From Macrostomum hystrix (Eukaryota; Animalia; Platyhelminthes), in assembly GCA_950097015.1 (NCBI GenBank), contig CATNEN010000010.1, positions 310,001 through 374,000 of the forward strand: a stretch of DNA of 64,000 nucleotides. The letters are read 5' to 3'. The position numbers and the translations under genes were made by a program. This document shows, piece by piece, positions 46,801 through 59,375 of the stretch. Position 1 is the stretch's first letter. Every line of letters starts with the position of its first letter. The notes beneath the pieces were generated by a model, which saw nothing but the letters and a program-made list of their open reading frames with translations, searched no databases and was not told the origin of the DNA.

Positions 46801-49800
46801 CAGCCGCACTCAGCCAGCCCCTCCACCTTTCTTCCCCGCCACTTCAGCTGCAGCTCGGAGACTGGCGCCACTTGCTCGAGTGAGTCCACCAGACCCTACT
46901 GACACTTGACGCATCGATTTTCTCATTGATTGACTAACTCAATTCCCGTCTCACCTGCTGCACCCCATCTAACTCTCTGCCATGTTTTCCATTGCAGTAA
47001 AGGTCGAGGAGTACGAGGGTAACAAGGTGAGTTGGTTTTCTGCGACACCTCTGCCGCTTGAGGGCCGGGAGTGCAGTATGTACTTTTAGCTCATCGATAT
47101 CCCCGCCCCGAATCTGGCAGGAGACCCTGCAGCTGGCGCTGAGGGGCCGCGGCCTAGACAAGAAGGACCTCTTCGGCAAGTCCGACCCATACGTCCTGCT
47201 GCACCGGCGCAGCGATAAGGGACGGTGAGCACAGCTGACACAATCACCTGACAGTTGACACAATCACCTGACAGCTGACACAATCACCTGACAGCTGACA
47301 CAATCACCTGACAGCTGACACAATCACCTGACAGCTGACCCAGCAACAGCTGACCCAGTCACCTGACATCACAGACCCAGTCACCTGACATCACAGACCC
47401 AGTCACCTGACATCACAGACCCAGTCACCTGACATCACAGACCCAGTCACCTGACATCACAGACCCAGTCACCTGACATCACAGACCCAGTCACCTGACA
47501 TCACAGACCCAGTCACCTGACATCACAGACCCAGTCACCTGACATCACAGACCCAGTCACCTGACATCACAGACCCAGTCACCTGACATCACAGACCCAG
47601 TCACCTGACATCACAGACCCAGTCACCTGACATCACAGACCCAGTCACCTGACATCACAGACCCAGTCACCTGACATCACAGACCCAGTCACCTGACATC
47701 ACAGACCCAGTCACCTGACATCACAGACCCAGTCACCTAACTTTCAATCGCAAAGTTATCGCAAAGGAAATCGCAAATGATAATTTCTGAAAGATTCCGT
47801 AGAAGGCAAGCCGGTTCTGTCTCGGCATGAAGACGCAGTGAACGATGAATAAATTGGCATTCGGTCCCAGCGGCTGTGGGTCAGACATGAAATTCATAAA
47901 TAAATTTGCTCCTTTGCCATCAATCTGATCGGCGTATTGGGACCAATCATTAATTAGAGGACGCCGTTCTCTGCTCGAAATTGGAAGCAAGTGGTGGATA
48001 TTTAAAAAAGAAAATTTTCCCAATTCCTTTGGTCGGGATGGAGTTTTTCGAAATCCCCGATCCCAGTGGGAACTAAACTGCTGGGATGTTGTAGCGTGCA
48101 GGAATCTGCAGTAGCTCTGGGGCTCAGCGGGGCTGTGAGATGAGCGGGATCTCGCTGCGGAAGGATTTTGCCCAGATTATTGAGCTACAGGTATTGGGTG
48201 AGTACAGATCTCGGTCCAAATCCACTGATCCCAGGGCATTGACTATCCCAGTTCTTTCGATATGTAATAAAAATTCAGTCAAAAAACGCATTTAGCCTAC
48301 TAAAAGTAGTACCGTTTGCGAAAGACCCGAACAAAATGGACTCTGCGCACAAACTCGCAGGCTAATGAGAAGCTACCGCACGGAGGTGGTGAAGAACACC
48401 CTGGACCCCGACTGGAGACCCATCAGGGTGTCCCTGGACAAACTGTGTGGCGGTGACCTACGCAGGTGAAGTCAGCTCCCTGTCATGCTCGAATAATTAT
48501 TCTTCTGGCACTGTATTCACGGCCGCACCCGCTTCCACCCAGGGAAATCATGTTCCGCTGCTTCGACTGGGACGGTGCTGACGGCGACCCGTGAGTTCCG
48601 CTGCTCCGTTGGTTCACAGTTTTAGCAAGGCACAGTTTGGACATGAAATTATAGTTTTCACTTGTCAATTTTTCAGCGAGGACATGGACATCGAATTCGA
48701 GTAAGTTTAACTTTAAGGAAGAAGGGAAGGACAAACCAAAATTAGCGAATTTCTCTTCCATGCGAAACCTCGCAGCGAGTTCATCGGAGAGTTTTCCACC
48801 ACCATGGAGGACCTCCTGGCTGGCCAGAATTCGGAGCTACAGTTCGATGTGAGTGCAAAACTGACAGATAGTTCTCTGACAAACTTCAAAATCATCCCCT
48901 GCTTGCCTCTTCCGATCAACACCAACAGCTGGTCAACCCGAAGAAGGCGCGGAAGAAGAAAAACTACAGGAACTCAGGGGTGGTGAGTGCCAATGCTCCG
49001 AGCTTCAGTGATGCAATGATGCTCAGGCTGTGCAGTGAGCAGTTCAGTGATGCAGCTGAGCTCGGAGGCTGTGCAGTGAGTGCATTCAATACCTTTCAGA
49101 TTTCGGTGAAGGCCAGCCAGCTCGAGTTCCAGCCCTCATTCCTTGACTATTTGTTCAGCGGGTGAGTGAATTCTGTGAATGAGTGAAAACAGCAGTGGGT
49201 TAATCAGAGCGAGAGCCGTTGACGCGCCTGTCCCAACCCGTGCAGCATGGACCTGTGCTTCACCGTGGCCATCGACATGACCGCCTCCAACGGTGTGGCC
49301 TCGCAGCCGACGTCTCTGCACTACACGGACCCGTTCACGCCCAACCAGTACACCACAGCCATGCAGGCGGTGCTGGAGATCATTCAAGGACTATGACACG
49401 TGAGTCCTGCGCAGAGTGCTCATGCTCATCAGTCATGCTCATCAGTCATGCTCATCAGTCATGCTCATCAGTCATGCTCATCAGTCATGCTCATCAGTCA
49501 TGCTCATCAGTCATGCTCATTAGTCATGCCCTCATCAGTCATGCTCATCAGTCATGCTCATCAGTCATGCTCATCAGTCATGCTCATCAGTCATGCTCAT
49601 CAGTCATGCTCATTAGTCATGCCCTCATCAGTCATGCTCATCAGTCATGCTCATCAGGCATGCTCATCAGTCATGCTGATCAGTCATGCTCATCAGGCAT
49701 GCTCATCAGTCATGCTCATCAGTCATGCTCATCAGTCATGCTCATCAGGCATGCTCATCAGTCATGCTGATCAGTCATGCTCATCAGTCATGCTCATCAG

Positions 49801-51966
49801 TCATGCTGATCAGTCATGCTCATCAGTCATGCTCATCAGTCATGCTCATCAGTCATGCTCATCAGTCATGCTCATCAGTCATGCTCATCAGTCATGCTCA
49901 TCAGTCATGCTCATCAGTCATGCTCATCAGTCATGCTCATCAGTCATGCTGATCAGTCATGCTCATCAGTCATGCTCATCAGGCATGCTCATCAGTCATG
50001 CTCATCAGTCATGCTCATCAGTCATGCTCATCAGTCATGCTCATCAGTCATGCTCATCAGGCATGCTCATCAGTCATGCTCATCAGTCATGCTCATCAGT
50101 CATGCTCATCAGTCATGCTCATCAGTCATGCTCATCAGTCATGCTCATCAGTCATGCTCATCAGTCATGCTCATCAGTCATGCTGATCAGTCATGCTCAT
50201 CAGGCATGCTCATCAGGCATGCTCATCAGTCATGCTCATCAGTCATGCTCATCAGTCATGCTCATCAGTCATGCACATCAGTCATGCTCATCAGTCATGC
50301 TCATCAGTCATGCTCATCAGTCATGCTCATCAGTCATGCTCATCAGTCATGCTCATCAGTCATGCTCATCAGTCATGCTCATCAGGCATGCTCATCAGTC
50401 ATGCTCATCAGTCATGCTCATCAGTCATGCTCATCAGTCATGCTCATCAGTCATGCTCATCAGTCATGCTCATCAGTCATGCTCATCAGGCATGCTCATC
50501 AGTCATGCTCATCAGTCATGCTTATCAGTTACGCTCATCAGTCATGCCCACCAAAATCAGTGATCAGCTGTTGCCGGCCTTCGGATTCGGCTGCCGAGTT
50601 CCGCCTGACTTTCGGGTGTCGCATGAGTGGCCGTTGAACGGTGACAGCGAGAATCCGTTCTGCCAGGGCGCTGAGGGAGTTCTGGCGGCTTACCGGCGCT
50701 GCCTGGAGCAGGTGCGCCTCAGCGGGCCGACAAACTTCGCCCCAGTGATTCGCAGCGTCAGCCGGCTGGCCCAGGAGCGGCAGGACGGCAGCAGCTACAT
50801 GGTGCTGCTCATCCTCACAGACGGCACCATCGATGACTGGATCGAGTGCAAGCGTGCAGTCATCGAGGTTGGTGCCCTACGCGAGCGCTGGTGGGCGGTT
50901 AGAGGCACATTTGGTTCAGCACAGAACCTCTCGGAGGTGTCAATTGGGAAGGCAATTGATCGGAGGGGCGGAGGGATCGGAGGGGCGGAGGAGCGGGGGA
51001 TCGGAGGGGCGGAGGGATCGGAGGGGCGGAGCGGCGGAGGAGCGGAGGGATCGGAGGAGCGGGGGATCGGAGGGGCGGAGGGATCGGAGGGGCGGAGCGG
51101 CGGAGGAGCGGAGGGATCGGAGGAGCGGGGGATCGGAGGGGCGGAGGGATCGGAGGGGCAGAGCGGCGGAGGAGCGGAGCGGCGGAGGAGCGGAGGGATC
51201 GGAGGAGCGGGGGATCGGAGGGATCGGAGGGGCGGAGAGGCGGAGGAGCGTAGGGATCGGAGTAGTGGTGGCATCAGAGGGGCGGAGGGGCGGAGCGGAG
51301 GAGGAGCGGAGCGGCAGAGGGGCGGAGCGGCGGAGGAGCGGAGCGGCGGAGGAGCGGAGCGGCGGAGGGGCGGAGGAGCGGAGGGACCGGAGGAGCGGAG
51401 GAGCGGAGGGCAGGTTTGCATATACTCGCCCCTCTTTTTCTCGCGTGCATCCACAGGCTTCGTTTCTGCCAGTCTCAATCATCGTCATCGGAGTGGGTAA
51501 CGGAGATTTTACAGGTGAGCTGAGGGTTTGAAGAAACACGCTGCAATTTACGAAGTTGTAAGTCGAGCCCCCATTTGCTTTCGAGGACTTCCGCACTCAT
51601 CTTCTAGCAATCCTAACCTAATAACTATAAAAATCTAACAATAATCCTGGCTCGCAGAGATGGAGCTGCTCGACCAGGACGTCTGGTTGCTGGAGGAGGG
51701 CGGCCAGAAGGCCTGCCGCGACATTGTCCAGTTCGTGGAGCTGCGACGCTATCTCCGCCCGGCGGCTGACGGCACCGACAGTGTCCGCTGGAGCAAAGTG
51801 GCGCCTCACCAAGGACGTCCTGCAGGAGCTGCCGACGCAGATCACCGAGTACATGCAGCGGCGCCGCCTGCGGCCTCCGGCTACCCTGGCCCGGCAGGCC
51901 GCCGCCGCCGCGGCCGGACCCATGTGGCAGATGTCCATGGACAGGGACCGGCCGCCGGTGGACTGA
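43805..51966 (+). CDS. CPNE: Copine (C2A-C2B-VWA), 5' end not found, two +1 frameshifts in this sequence. Exons 43805-43908, 44655-44772 (tentative), 46678-46760, 46848-46879, 46998-47026, 47121-47224, 48361-48465, 48543-48590, 48776-48848, 48929-48982, 49100-49161, 49246-49399, 50561-50867, 51457-51514, 51658-51966
   Basis: Phases chain consistently apart from the two frameshifts. Motifs: [148 protein letters not shown]. Confidence 0.92.
44052..44545. repeat. 36-bp minisatellite (gattggttggctggtagaattacaccccacctctat) in a copine intron
   Basis: Direct reading; each unit carries CCAATC on the minus strand. Confidence 0.96.
45361..46325. repeat. Composite 13/22-bp satellite (gagcatctctcag and gagcatctcacgagtctctcag) in a copine intron
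   Basis: Direct reading; source of three long S/L/R/H artefact ORFs. Confidence 0.97.
46335..46626 (+). mobile_element. tRNA-derived SINE with CORE (MIR-like) central domain
   Basis: Pol III A box TAGCCTAGTGGTTAG (about 46342) and B box GAGTTCGATTCC (about 46378). Then TGTGTCCTTTAGCAAGACACTTAAC..GCTTCAGTTCACCCAGCTTGTAAATGGG, aligning by eye with the MIR core TGTGACCTTGGGCAAGTCACTTAAC..GCCTCAGTTTCCTCATCTGTAAAATGGG. AT-rich tail TATTTATTATTTTTAT. Confidence 0.8.
47230..47740. repeat. Two adjacent minisatellites in a copine intron: 20-bp (cagctgacacaatcacctga, 47230-47340) then 22-bp (cacctgacatcacagacccagt, 47355-47740)
   Basis: Direct reading. The first starts about 7 nt after the donor at 47225, and both share CACCTGACA. 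Confidence 0.96.
49418..50545. repeat. 13-bp satellite (catgctcatcagt) filling a copine intron
   Basis: Direct reading; runs from about 18 nt after the donor to about 15 nt before the acceptor. Confidence 0.98.
50960..51412. repeat. G-rich degenerate repeat (ggagcgg / ggaggggc / gggatcgg modules) in a copine intron
   Basis: Direct reading; strong G skew on the transcribed strand. Confidence 0.9.
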
Positions 51967-52585
51967 GCAGCTTGGCGATGCCGCAGGCCGGGTGCCAATG
52001 TTAAGCTGGGGCTGATGGAATCACTGGCAGCTGGGATGAAAGATACTCTTGTGGATCACATTTTACCTACTATAAAAGCACAGTCGCCGGCCGCCATTGT
52101 CAAAGTTTTGCGGATCAGAAGTCTGCAAGCTGAATCTTCACTCACATTCGCACCTGTTACGCCTGTCCTTAATCCCAACAAGGGATATTTGTGTCATTTA
52201 TCGCTCGCTCCTTGCCACATTTCTCGAATCCCGCTCCCTGTATTTGAAGCACAGTGGCTTTGACTTCACTTGCAATCTCTATTCATTGCGCAAACTTGAC
52301 GATGCAAATCTCTGTGAGTACTAGCTATTTCTGCTGGCTTTTATCGTGTTCTGGGTTCCTAATCTCTACTAGGCCAAAACCTGCCTTCCCAAAGTGCACT
52401 CTGATGCAGACCACTTTTCGCTAAGCACTTCTGAAGAAAAACACTGGAGTTCATTTAGGCTTTGAAATTGTCTAAAGAGCCCTCCCTCTACTTTTCCTTA
52501 CATCAAATAAACCAACTTTTGCAGCGAAAACATGCTTTTGTTTCCTTCGTTTTCGTGAATATGCATAGCTCACTTGATCTCAAAT

Positions 52586-52880
52586 TATCAATACAGTCAG
52601 ATGGTCAGTGCGTCATCAATACAGTCAGATGGTCAGTGTCATCAATACAGTCAGATGGTCAGTGCGTCATCAATACAGTCAGATGGTCAGTGTCATCAAT
52701 ACAGTCAGATGGTCAGTGTCATCAATACAGTCAGATGGTCAGTGTCATCAATACAGTCAGATGGTCAGTGTCATCAATACAGTCAGATGGTCAGTGGGTC
52801 ATCAATACAGTCAGATGGTCAGTGTCATCAATACAGTCAGATGGTCAGTGTCATCAATACAGTCAGATGGTCAGTGGGTC
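52586..52880. repeat. 26/28-bp minisatellite (atcaatacagtcagatggtcagtgtc)
   Basis: Direct reading. Confidence 0.95.
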
Positions 52881-54029
52881 AGCAGCAGAAGAGTTGGAGA
52901 ATGTGAGTCAACATAAAATTTGAAGCGGTTTATATTTTCCATGTGTACTCTAAGGTTCTTTGGAAAGCTAAAAAGTACAGAAACCTTACCACACTACTTG
53001 CAAACTGGTTGTGAGTAGTATGCCGCGAAGCTTCCAGCAAGGAGAGCGAATCCGGCTCAAGCTGTCAGTAGGTGGCGCGGTTCTAAAAATAAAACTACAT
53101 TCAGCCCGCTCGCCTCGTCCACCTGTCAGGTTATTTTCGCCGAAACTGAGCAAAATAAGAAATATGCAATCGCGACCAACGCCGACCTGAATGGACTGGT
53201 TTGCCTTCGCTGATAAGCTCGGCGCCTAAATGCAAACAGCAGCAGCGGCCCTGGCTCGCGGGTGCACGCAATCACAATGAAACAATGCCCGGCCTCCCGT
53301 TGTGTGAGAACTTCAGAACTTTCTTTTAAGCGTTTAAAATCTCAAAGTTTTCAACTTGAAGCCTCAAGCGAATTACCGAGACGAACTCAAACTCTGAGAT
53401 GGAAGTAGTCCACACGTATTACAAAAGTACACACAGCCCTGACTTGAAATGACCAAAGCGCAATGTCTCAGAACTGTGTATAGTGGAATTTTAGCCTGTT
53501 ACAGAATATCTCGCTCTATACTGTGTTCATTAGTGCACGGAGACAGAAGGAATCGGGCGCAATGCTTGCCAGAAGGCTCGCTCGCTGTATTTTAGCGCTA
53601 CAACATGGCAACAAAAGCAACAGGCATAGGTCCAAGCACTGGCTGGTGAATCAATAGTGATCTGTACATATTCATAAGGGCTCTACGCATTTACAATTCC
53701 TAATACTAGGTAGATGGCACGGCGGCGAGCCCTTACGGCTGCGAGGCTGCCGGGATTGTCGAGCAGGTGCCAGTAAAATCAGTAACGGATTGCTGAAATC
53801 TAACAGGCAACCGAGAAGTCTAACCCATTGTGGCGAAGGATGAACTGCAGGATCCCGATTTGGGAAATCCCGAGCTACAAAATCGCAAGCTAAGATAATT
53901 AAAAAACGAAATCCCGATTCTAGGAATCTTACGTATAATAGCTCGACGTGAAAAATCCTAAACTAAAAAATCCCGGCTCGGGTAATCCCAAGCTTCAAAC
54001 TCTATATTTATGGAATATTAACAGTCAAA

Positions 54030-55825
54030 ACCCCAAGTCATGGAATTCCAAGAATCCCAAGTTATGTAATTCCAAGAATCCCAAGTTATGGAATTCCAAG
54101 AATCCCAAGTTATGGAGTTCCAAGAATCCCAAGTCATGGAATTCTAAGAATCCCGTGGAATTTTAACGGTCAAAATCCCAAGGTTATGAAATTCCAAGAA
54201 TCCCGTGGAATTTTAACGGTCAAAATCCCAAGGTTATGAAATTCCAAGAATCCCAAGTTATGGAATTCCAAGAATCCCAAGTTATGGAATTCCAAGAATC
54301 CCAAGTTATGGAATTCCAAGAATCCCAAGTTATGGAGTTCCAAGAATCCCAAGTCATGAAATTCCAAGAATCCCGTGAGTTTTAACGGTCAAAATCCCAA
54401 GGTTATGAAATTCCAAGAATCCCAAGTTATGGAATTCCAAGAATCCCAAGTTATGTAATTCCAAGAATCCCAAGTTATGGAATTCCAAGAATCCCAAGTT
54501 ATGGAGTTCCAAGAATCCCAAGTCATGGAATTCTAAGAATCCCGTGGAATTTTAACGGTCAAAATCCCAAGGTTATGAAATTCCAAGAATCCCGTGGAAT
54601 TTTAACGGTCAAAATCCCAAGGTTATGAAATTCCAAGAATCCCAAGTTATGGAATTCCAAGAATCCCAAGTTATGGAATTCCAAGAATCCCAAGTTATGT
54701 AATTCCAAGAATCCCAAGTTATGGAGTTCCAAGAATCCCAAGTTATGGAGTTCCAAGAATCCCAAGTTATGGAATTCCAAGAATCCCAAGTTATGGAGTT
54801 CCAAGAATCCCAAGTTATGGAATTCCAAGAATCCCAAGTTATGGAGTTCCAAGAATCCCAAGTTATGGAATTCCAAGAATCCCAAGTTATGGAGTTCCAA
54901 GAATCCCAAGTTATTGAATTCCAAGAATCCCAAGTTATGGAGTTCCAAGAATCCCAAGTTATGGAGTTCCAAGAATCCCAAGTTATTGAATTCCAAGAAT
55001 CCCAAGTTATGGAATTCCAAGAATCCCAAGTTATGGAGTTCCAAGAATCCCAAGTTATTGAATTCCAAGAATCCCAAGTTATGTAATTCCAAGAATCCCA
55101 AGTTATGGAATTCCAAGAATCCCAAGTTATGGAGTTCCAAGAATCCCAAGTTATGGAGTTCCAAGAATCCCAAGTTATGTAATTCCAAGAATCCCAAGTT
55201 ATGTAATTCCAAGAATCCCAAGTTATGGAATTCCAAGAATCCCAAGTTATGGAGTTCCAAGAATCCCAAGTTATGTAATTCCAAGAATCCCAAGTTATGG
55301 AGTTCCAAGAATCCCAAGTTATGTAATTCCAAGAATCCCAAGTTATGGAATTCCAAGGATCCTAAGTTATGGAATTCCAAGAATCCCAAGTTATGTAATT
55401 CGAAGAATCCCAAGTTATGGAATTCCAAGGATCCTAAGTTATGGAATTCCAAGAATCCCAAGTTATGGAGTTCCAAGAATCCCAAGTTATGTAATTCCAA
55501 GAATCCCAAGTTATGGAGTTCCAAGAATCCCAAGTTATGTAATTCCAAGAATCCCAAGTTATGGAATTCCAAGGATCCTAAGTTATGGAATTCCAAGAAT
55601 CCCAAGTTATGGAGTTCCAAGAATCCCAAGTTATGTAATTCCAAGAATCCCAAGTTATGGAGTTCCAAGAATCCCAAGTTATGTAATTCCAAGAATCCCA
55701 AGTTATGGAATTCCAAGGATCCCAAGTTATGTAATTCCAAGAATCCCAAGTTATGTAATTCCAAGAATCCCAAGTTATGGAATTCCAAGAATCCCAAGTT
55801 ATGTAATTCCAAGGATCCTAAGCTA
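54030..55825. repeat. 24-bp satellite (ccaagaatcccaagttatggaatt) with a longer interspersed unit in the 5' part and a local 144-bp higher-order repeat
   Basis: Direct reading; GGATCC variant units at 55421, 55565 and 55709 are spaced 144 bp apart. Confidence 0.98.
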
Positions 55826-56326
55826 CAAAATCTCGAGTTGAAGAATTCAAACAACATAAATTCATAGAGCTGATTCTCCGGAATTTAGATTTTATCCAGC
55901 CTGACATTTTGCAAAAGCTGAGTGAATCGTAGGTTACCATTATGAGATCTCTTCAAAAAAGCAGCTCATGAGTCCGAACCGTGGCGGATAGCGTAGAAAA
56001 TCGGGCTAGACGCGCATAAGCATGGCAAAGTGAGTGCATTAGAAAACAGCGAAGGATTAAAAATTCGCCAACAGACGGATCGCCTGACGACGCGGAGCTC
56101 GCTAACGAGGTGGAACTCTGGGGAGCTTCGGTGGCGGCATCCTGGATGTGAATGTTCAAAAAATATTAGGTCCAGACAGCATGGGATTTTGTCCTAAGAC
56201 AGTGAGGTTCGCGAAACTCTCAGGGTGAATTTCTTTCGTCTTGCGCGCTCCGTGACGGAGAGATTCGGGACGATGGCGATGGGCGCTGTCAGCAGCGAAG
56301 ACAAACTCTGACGCACACGAGCGCGC

Positions 56327-57715
56327 TCACAGGCGAAACACCTGGACGCGCCGGTTGTCCAGGTCGCACACGAATAGCTCGGCGCCGTCCAGGGAGACGG
56401 TGAGGCCACCTGGCGAGCCGAACTGTCCAGGCTGCGAGCCGCGACCGCCGGAGAGTGACCGGCGCAGCTGACCCTGAGTGTCAAGGATCCGGACGGTGTT
56501 GTCCCTGCCGCCCACGGTCACGTACAGGCAGGCGGACCAGTCCGTAGTGACGAACAGCGGGTTGCGCAGCGGCACCCGGAAGGCCAGTTCGAGTGAGTCC
56601 ACACTGAACGCAAAGATGGCGTTGGCACCGCGGTCGGAGACGAACAGAGTCTGCGCCAGGGTGCACACCGAGCTGATGCCGTCGGTAAAGTCCCGGTGGG
56701 CGAGGCGGCCGCGCTCTTCCAGGCTGGCCAGGCCGTACACGGAGACAAACTCGTTGACGCGGTCGACAATATACAGCCGGTCAGCTGGCTCGTCGATGCA
56801 GTGCCCGACCATCCAGCTGAAGCCGTGAAGGCTGCGCATTACGCGGCAGCAGCGGTCGCAGATGTAGAGGCTCTGGTAGTCCGAGAACAGCAGGCGCCCA
56901 GAGCAGCGGAGGTAGTTAATGCGCTCCAGGTTGCGTCCGACGCCGGCGTCCTTATCGGCCGCCTGGTCCGCTTCGCTTCCGCCCGTCAGTCGCGCCCGCG
57001 CCAGAATCTCGCCGCCGAGCGCGACGACGGCTACCTGACGGCCGTCGCCGACCACGCAGTACAGAGTCTGGCGTGGCAGCGGCTCCCAGCCGGGCTCGAC
57101 CGGTGCGAAGTCTCTTAGGTCGCCCTCCTCACTGGGCCGGTAAAACACGTCGCCAGCGTCGTTCGCGACGGCAGCGATGTCAAGCGCCTCGAGGTTCGGA
57201 AAAATTCGATTGGGCGCGTCTCGACGACGCCGGCCGCTCAGCCGCGACCCGCCGGAGGAGGATGGGGCGGCGGTGGCGCTGCCGCTGGCGGACTGGTCCA
57301 CCGCCTGGGACAGATCATGCAAAAGTCGCCGCAGCCACAGCAGGTAGGTGCGCGCCGTGTGCTCCGTCAAATCGCACGGCTCGTCCCAGGGATCGAGCTC
57401 TGGACCAGCGTTCTCGGTGCCGAGCAGTCGCTGCAGGGCGGCCTTCTGGTCGTCCAGCCTGGCCAGCAGAGACTGCATCTCGGCGGCGTGGCCAAGGCAG
57501 CCGCGGCTGTGCTCCATGAGCTTCTCTGCCTCGGCCTCCAGGAAGGCGATGCGGCTAAGAAGGCCTCGCCGACGTTCAGCTGCTGCCTCTTCGCCAGTCG
57601 GCGTCTGGCATGGCGTCGGGACATCGTCGTCCTCGTCGCTGGCGCTGTCGCTGTCGATTTCGAATTTGATGCCATCCAACGGTCGCCCGGAGCCCGGATC
57701 TTGGAACAGCGCCAT
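56327..57715 (-). CDS. Intronless 462-aa protein: acidic N-terminus, coiled coil and C-terminal NHL-repeat beta-propeller (TRIM-NHL-like without RING/B-box)
   Basis: Single GC-rich ORF with ATG. Coiled-coil-like LLSRIAFLEAEAEKL..MQSLLARLDDQKAALQRLL. NHL-type repeats: LYIVDRVNEFVSVY, LFVSDRGANAIFAF and GSQPGQFGSPGGLTVSLDGAELFVCDLDNRRVQVF. Confidence 0.85.
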   Translation of the reverse strand: MALFQDPGSGRPLDGIKFEIDSDSASDEDDDVPTPCQTPTGEEAAAERRRGLLSRIAFLEAEAEKLMEHSRGCLGHAAEMQSLLARLDDQKAALQRLLGTENAGPELDPWDEPCDLTEHTARTYLLWLRRLLHDLSQAVDQSASGSATAAPSSSGGSRLSGRRRRDAPNRIFPNLEALDIAAVANDAGDVFYRPSEEGDLRDFAPVEPGWEPLPRQTLYCVVGDGRQVAVVALGGEILARARLTGGSEADQAADKDAGVGRNLERINYLRCSGRLLFSDYQSLYICDRCCRVMRSLHGFSWMVGHCIDEPADRLYIVDRVNEFVSVYGLASLEERGRLAHRDFTDGISSVCTLAQTLFVSDRGANAIFAFSVDSLELAFRVPLRNPLFVTTDWSACLYVTVGGRDNTVRILDTQGQLRRSLSGGRGSQPGQFGSPGGLTVSLDGAELFVCDLDNRRVQVFRL

Positions 57716-58894
57716 GGTCAGTCTAGTAAGGCTGTAGTCTGTAAGGCGGTGTTTCAGTCAGCAATATCTTATAGTACTCTCTGATGCTCCGTTAGTGCAC
57801 TTTTGATTTCAAACAGGGACCCAGGGCTAACCACCTCAGACAAATCGCGAAATTTCCTAGATTCACTCTGCTACAAATGAAGCCAGTTGCTGAGATTCTC
57901 CTGTGATGCGAGCTTGCAGAACTGACCAATAATAAGAGTGCAAAATAGAATTACAATTGCAAATAGCTCACGTAACTCGTTAGATAATGGAGACCACAAG
58001 TTGTAAAATTTCAGATTTGCGCATTGTCACTTCGCTCTAGTCTGGATTCTAGTTTAGTTAGTTTCGCATGATTTAAAACGCAACGACAGATTGATTGGTG
58101 ATTCAATATTCATTCCTGTGGCATGCATCAAAGACCGCTTTTGCTACAATGGCATCTGCATCCTTCCATGCCTGATTAATAGGGCAAAATGAAGTGCAAC
58201 TTACATTGGAGTCTCGTGGGCCAAAGGGTGTGCTGAGGGCTAGTGCTTGTTCTTCCTTGTGCGCACGCTCTCTCCCTCTCTCCCTCCCTCTTTTCTCTCT
58301 TTCTGTCTCGGAACGGGCCGGGAGGCGGGGGCCATGAGGGGCGGGCGGTGCCTGCCTAAATAAGGCCGCCTCGGAGGGGTTGGAGCGGCCCCGGACCGGC
58401 CCCGACTGGCTTTGGGCGCCCCTCCCCCTCCGCGCGCCGCGTACACCCCAGTCCGGTCTGGAACCGGTTCCTGCAACCCCTCCCCTTTGCAACAACAAGG
58501 CATTCTCGCGGCGTGGTCTCACGGCAAGGGCAGTTGCATTTTCCCAGTTTATATACGAGTACGCGTATGACCCTACTGAATTAGTAGCTATGAGAGGATG
58601 AATTGCCTCACCAAAGAATTAACACTCAAAATATATTTCTGAGCTTATTTATCGGTCAGGAAATCTGTTCCGATTGCCAAATTTTCTAAAAAAGCTATTA
58701 ATAAGAAATTAAATTCCCTCCAGCCATGTACTGCTCCTTCGAATGCCATGTCCTTGACAATTCATATTCTGCCTAAAATAGGATTGAAATGCTGTGCTCA
58801 TCCAGCAGACAGGCTTACTGCAGACAACAGTTCGGCGTCTAACCTTTCGCATGTCTGTGGGACATCTGAGAACTGGTGTCTGTGTGCATGCGGG

Positions 58895-59050
58895 CGTGTG
58901 TGTGTGAGTGTATGTGAGTGTTTGGTGTGTGTGTGTGGTGTGTGTGTGTGGTATGTGTGTGTGTGGTGTATGTGTGTGTGTGGTGTGTGTGTGTGTGGTG
59001 TGTGTGTTGTGTGGTGTGGTGTGTGTGTGTGTGTGGTGTGTGTGTGTCTA
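58895..59050. repeat. Degenerate (GT)n tract
   Basis: Direct reading. Confidence 0.95.
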
Positions 59051-59375
59051 TGTGAGACACGCGTGGGTCTGCTCCACATCGAGGGCTGGATGCAATCTGT
59101 AGGCTTGCTCGGCGGTATCTATAGTCGAGTCTAGGTGCCACTCCGTCCAACAGCGGATGAGGATGGCGACTCAGCAGGTGATGCTGAAGCAGGCGATGTG
59201 CAGCAGGACAGGCGAAGGATGACGATGACGCGAGATAAAATGGCTGACTGAATGGAGCAACTCATTGTGTGGCTTTACATCAGGGCTCGGCAAACTCCGG
59301 CCCGCGGGCCATGCAGATGCGGCCCTCGAAGCTCCAAAATCCAGCCCGTTGCCCCTTCCGACACTTATAGTATCT

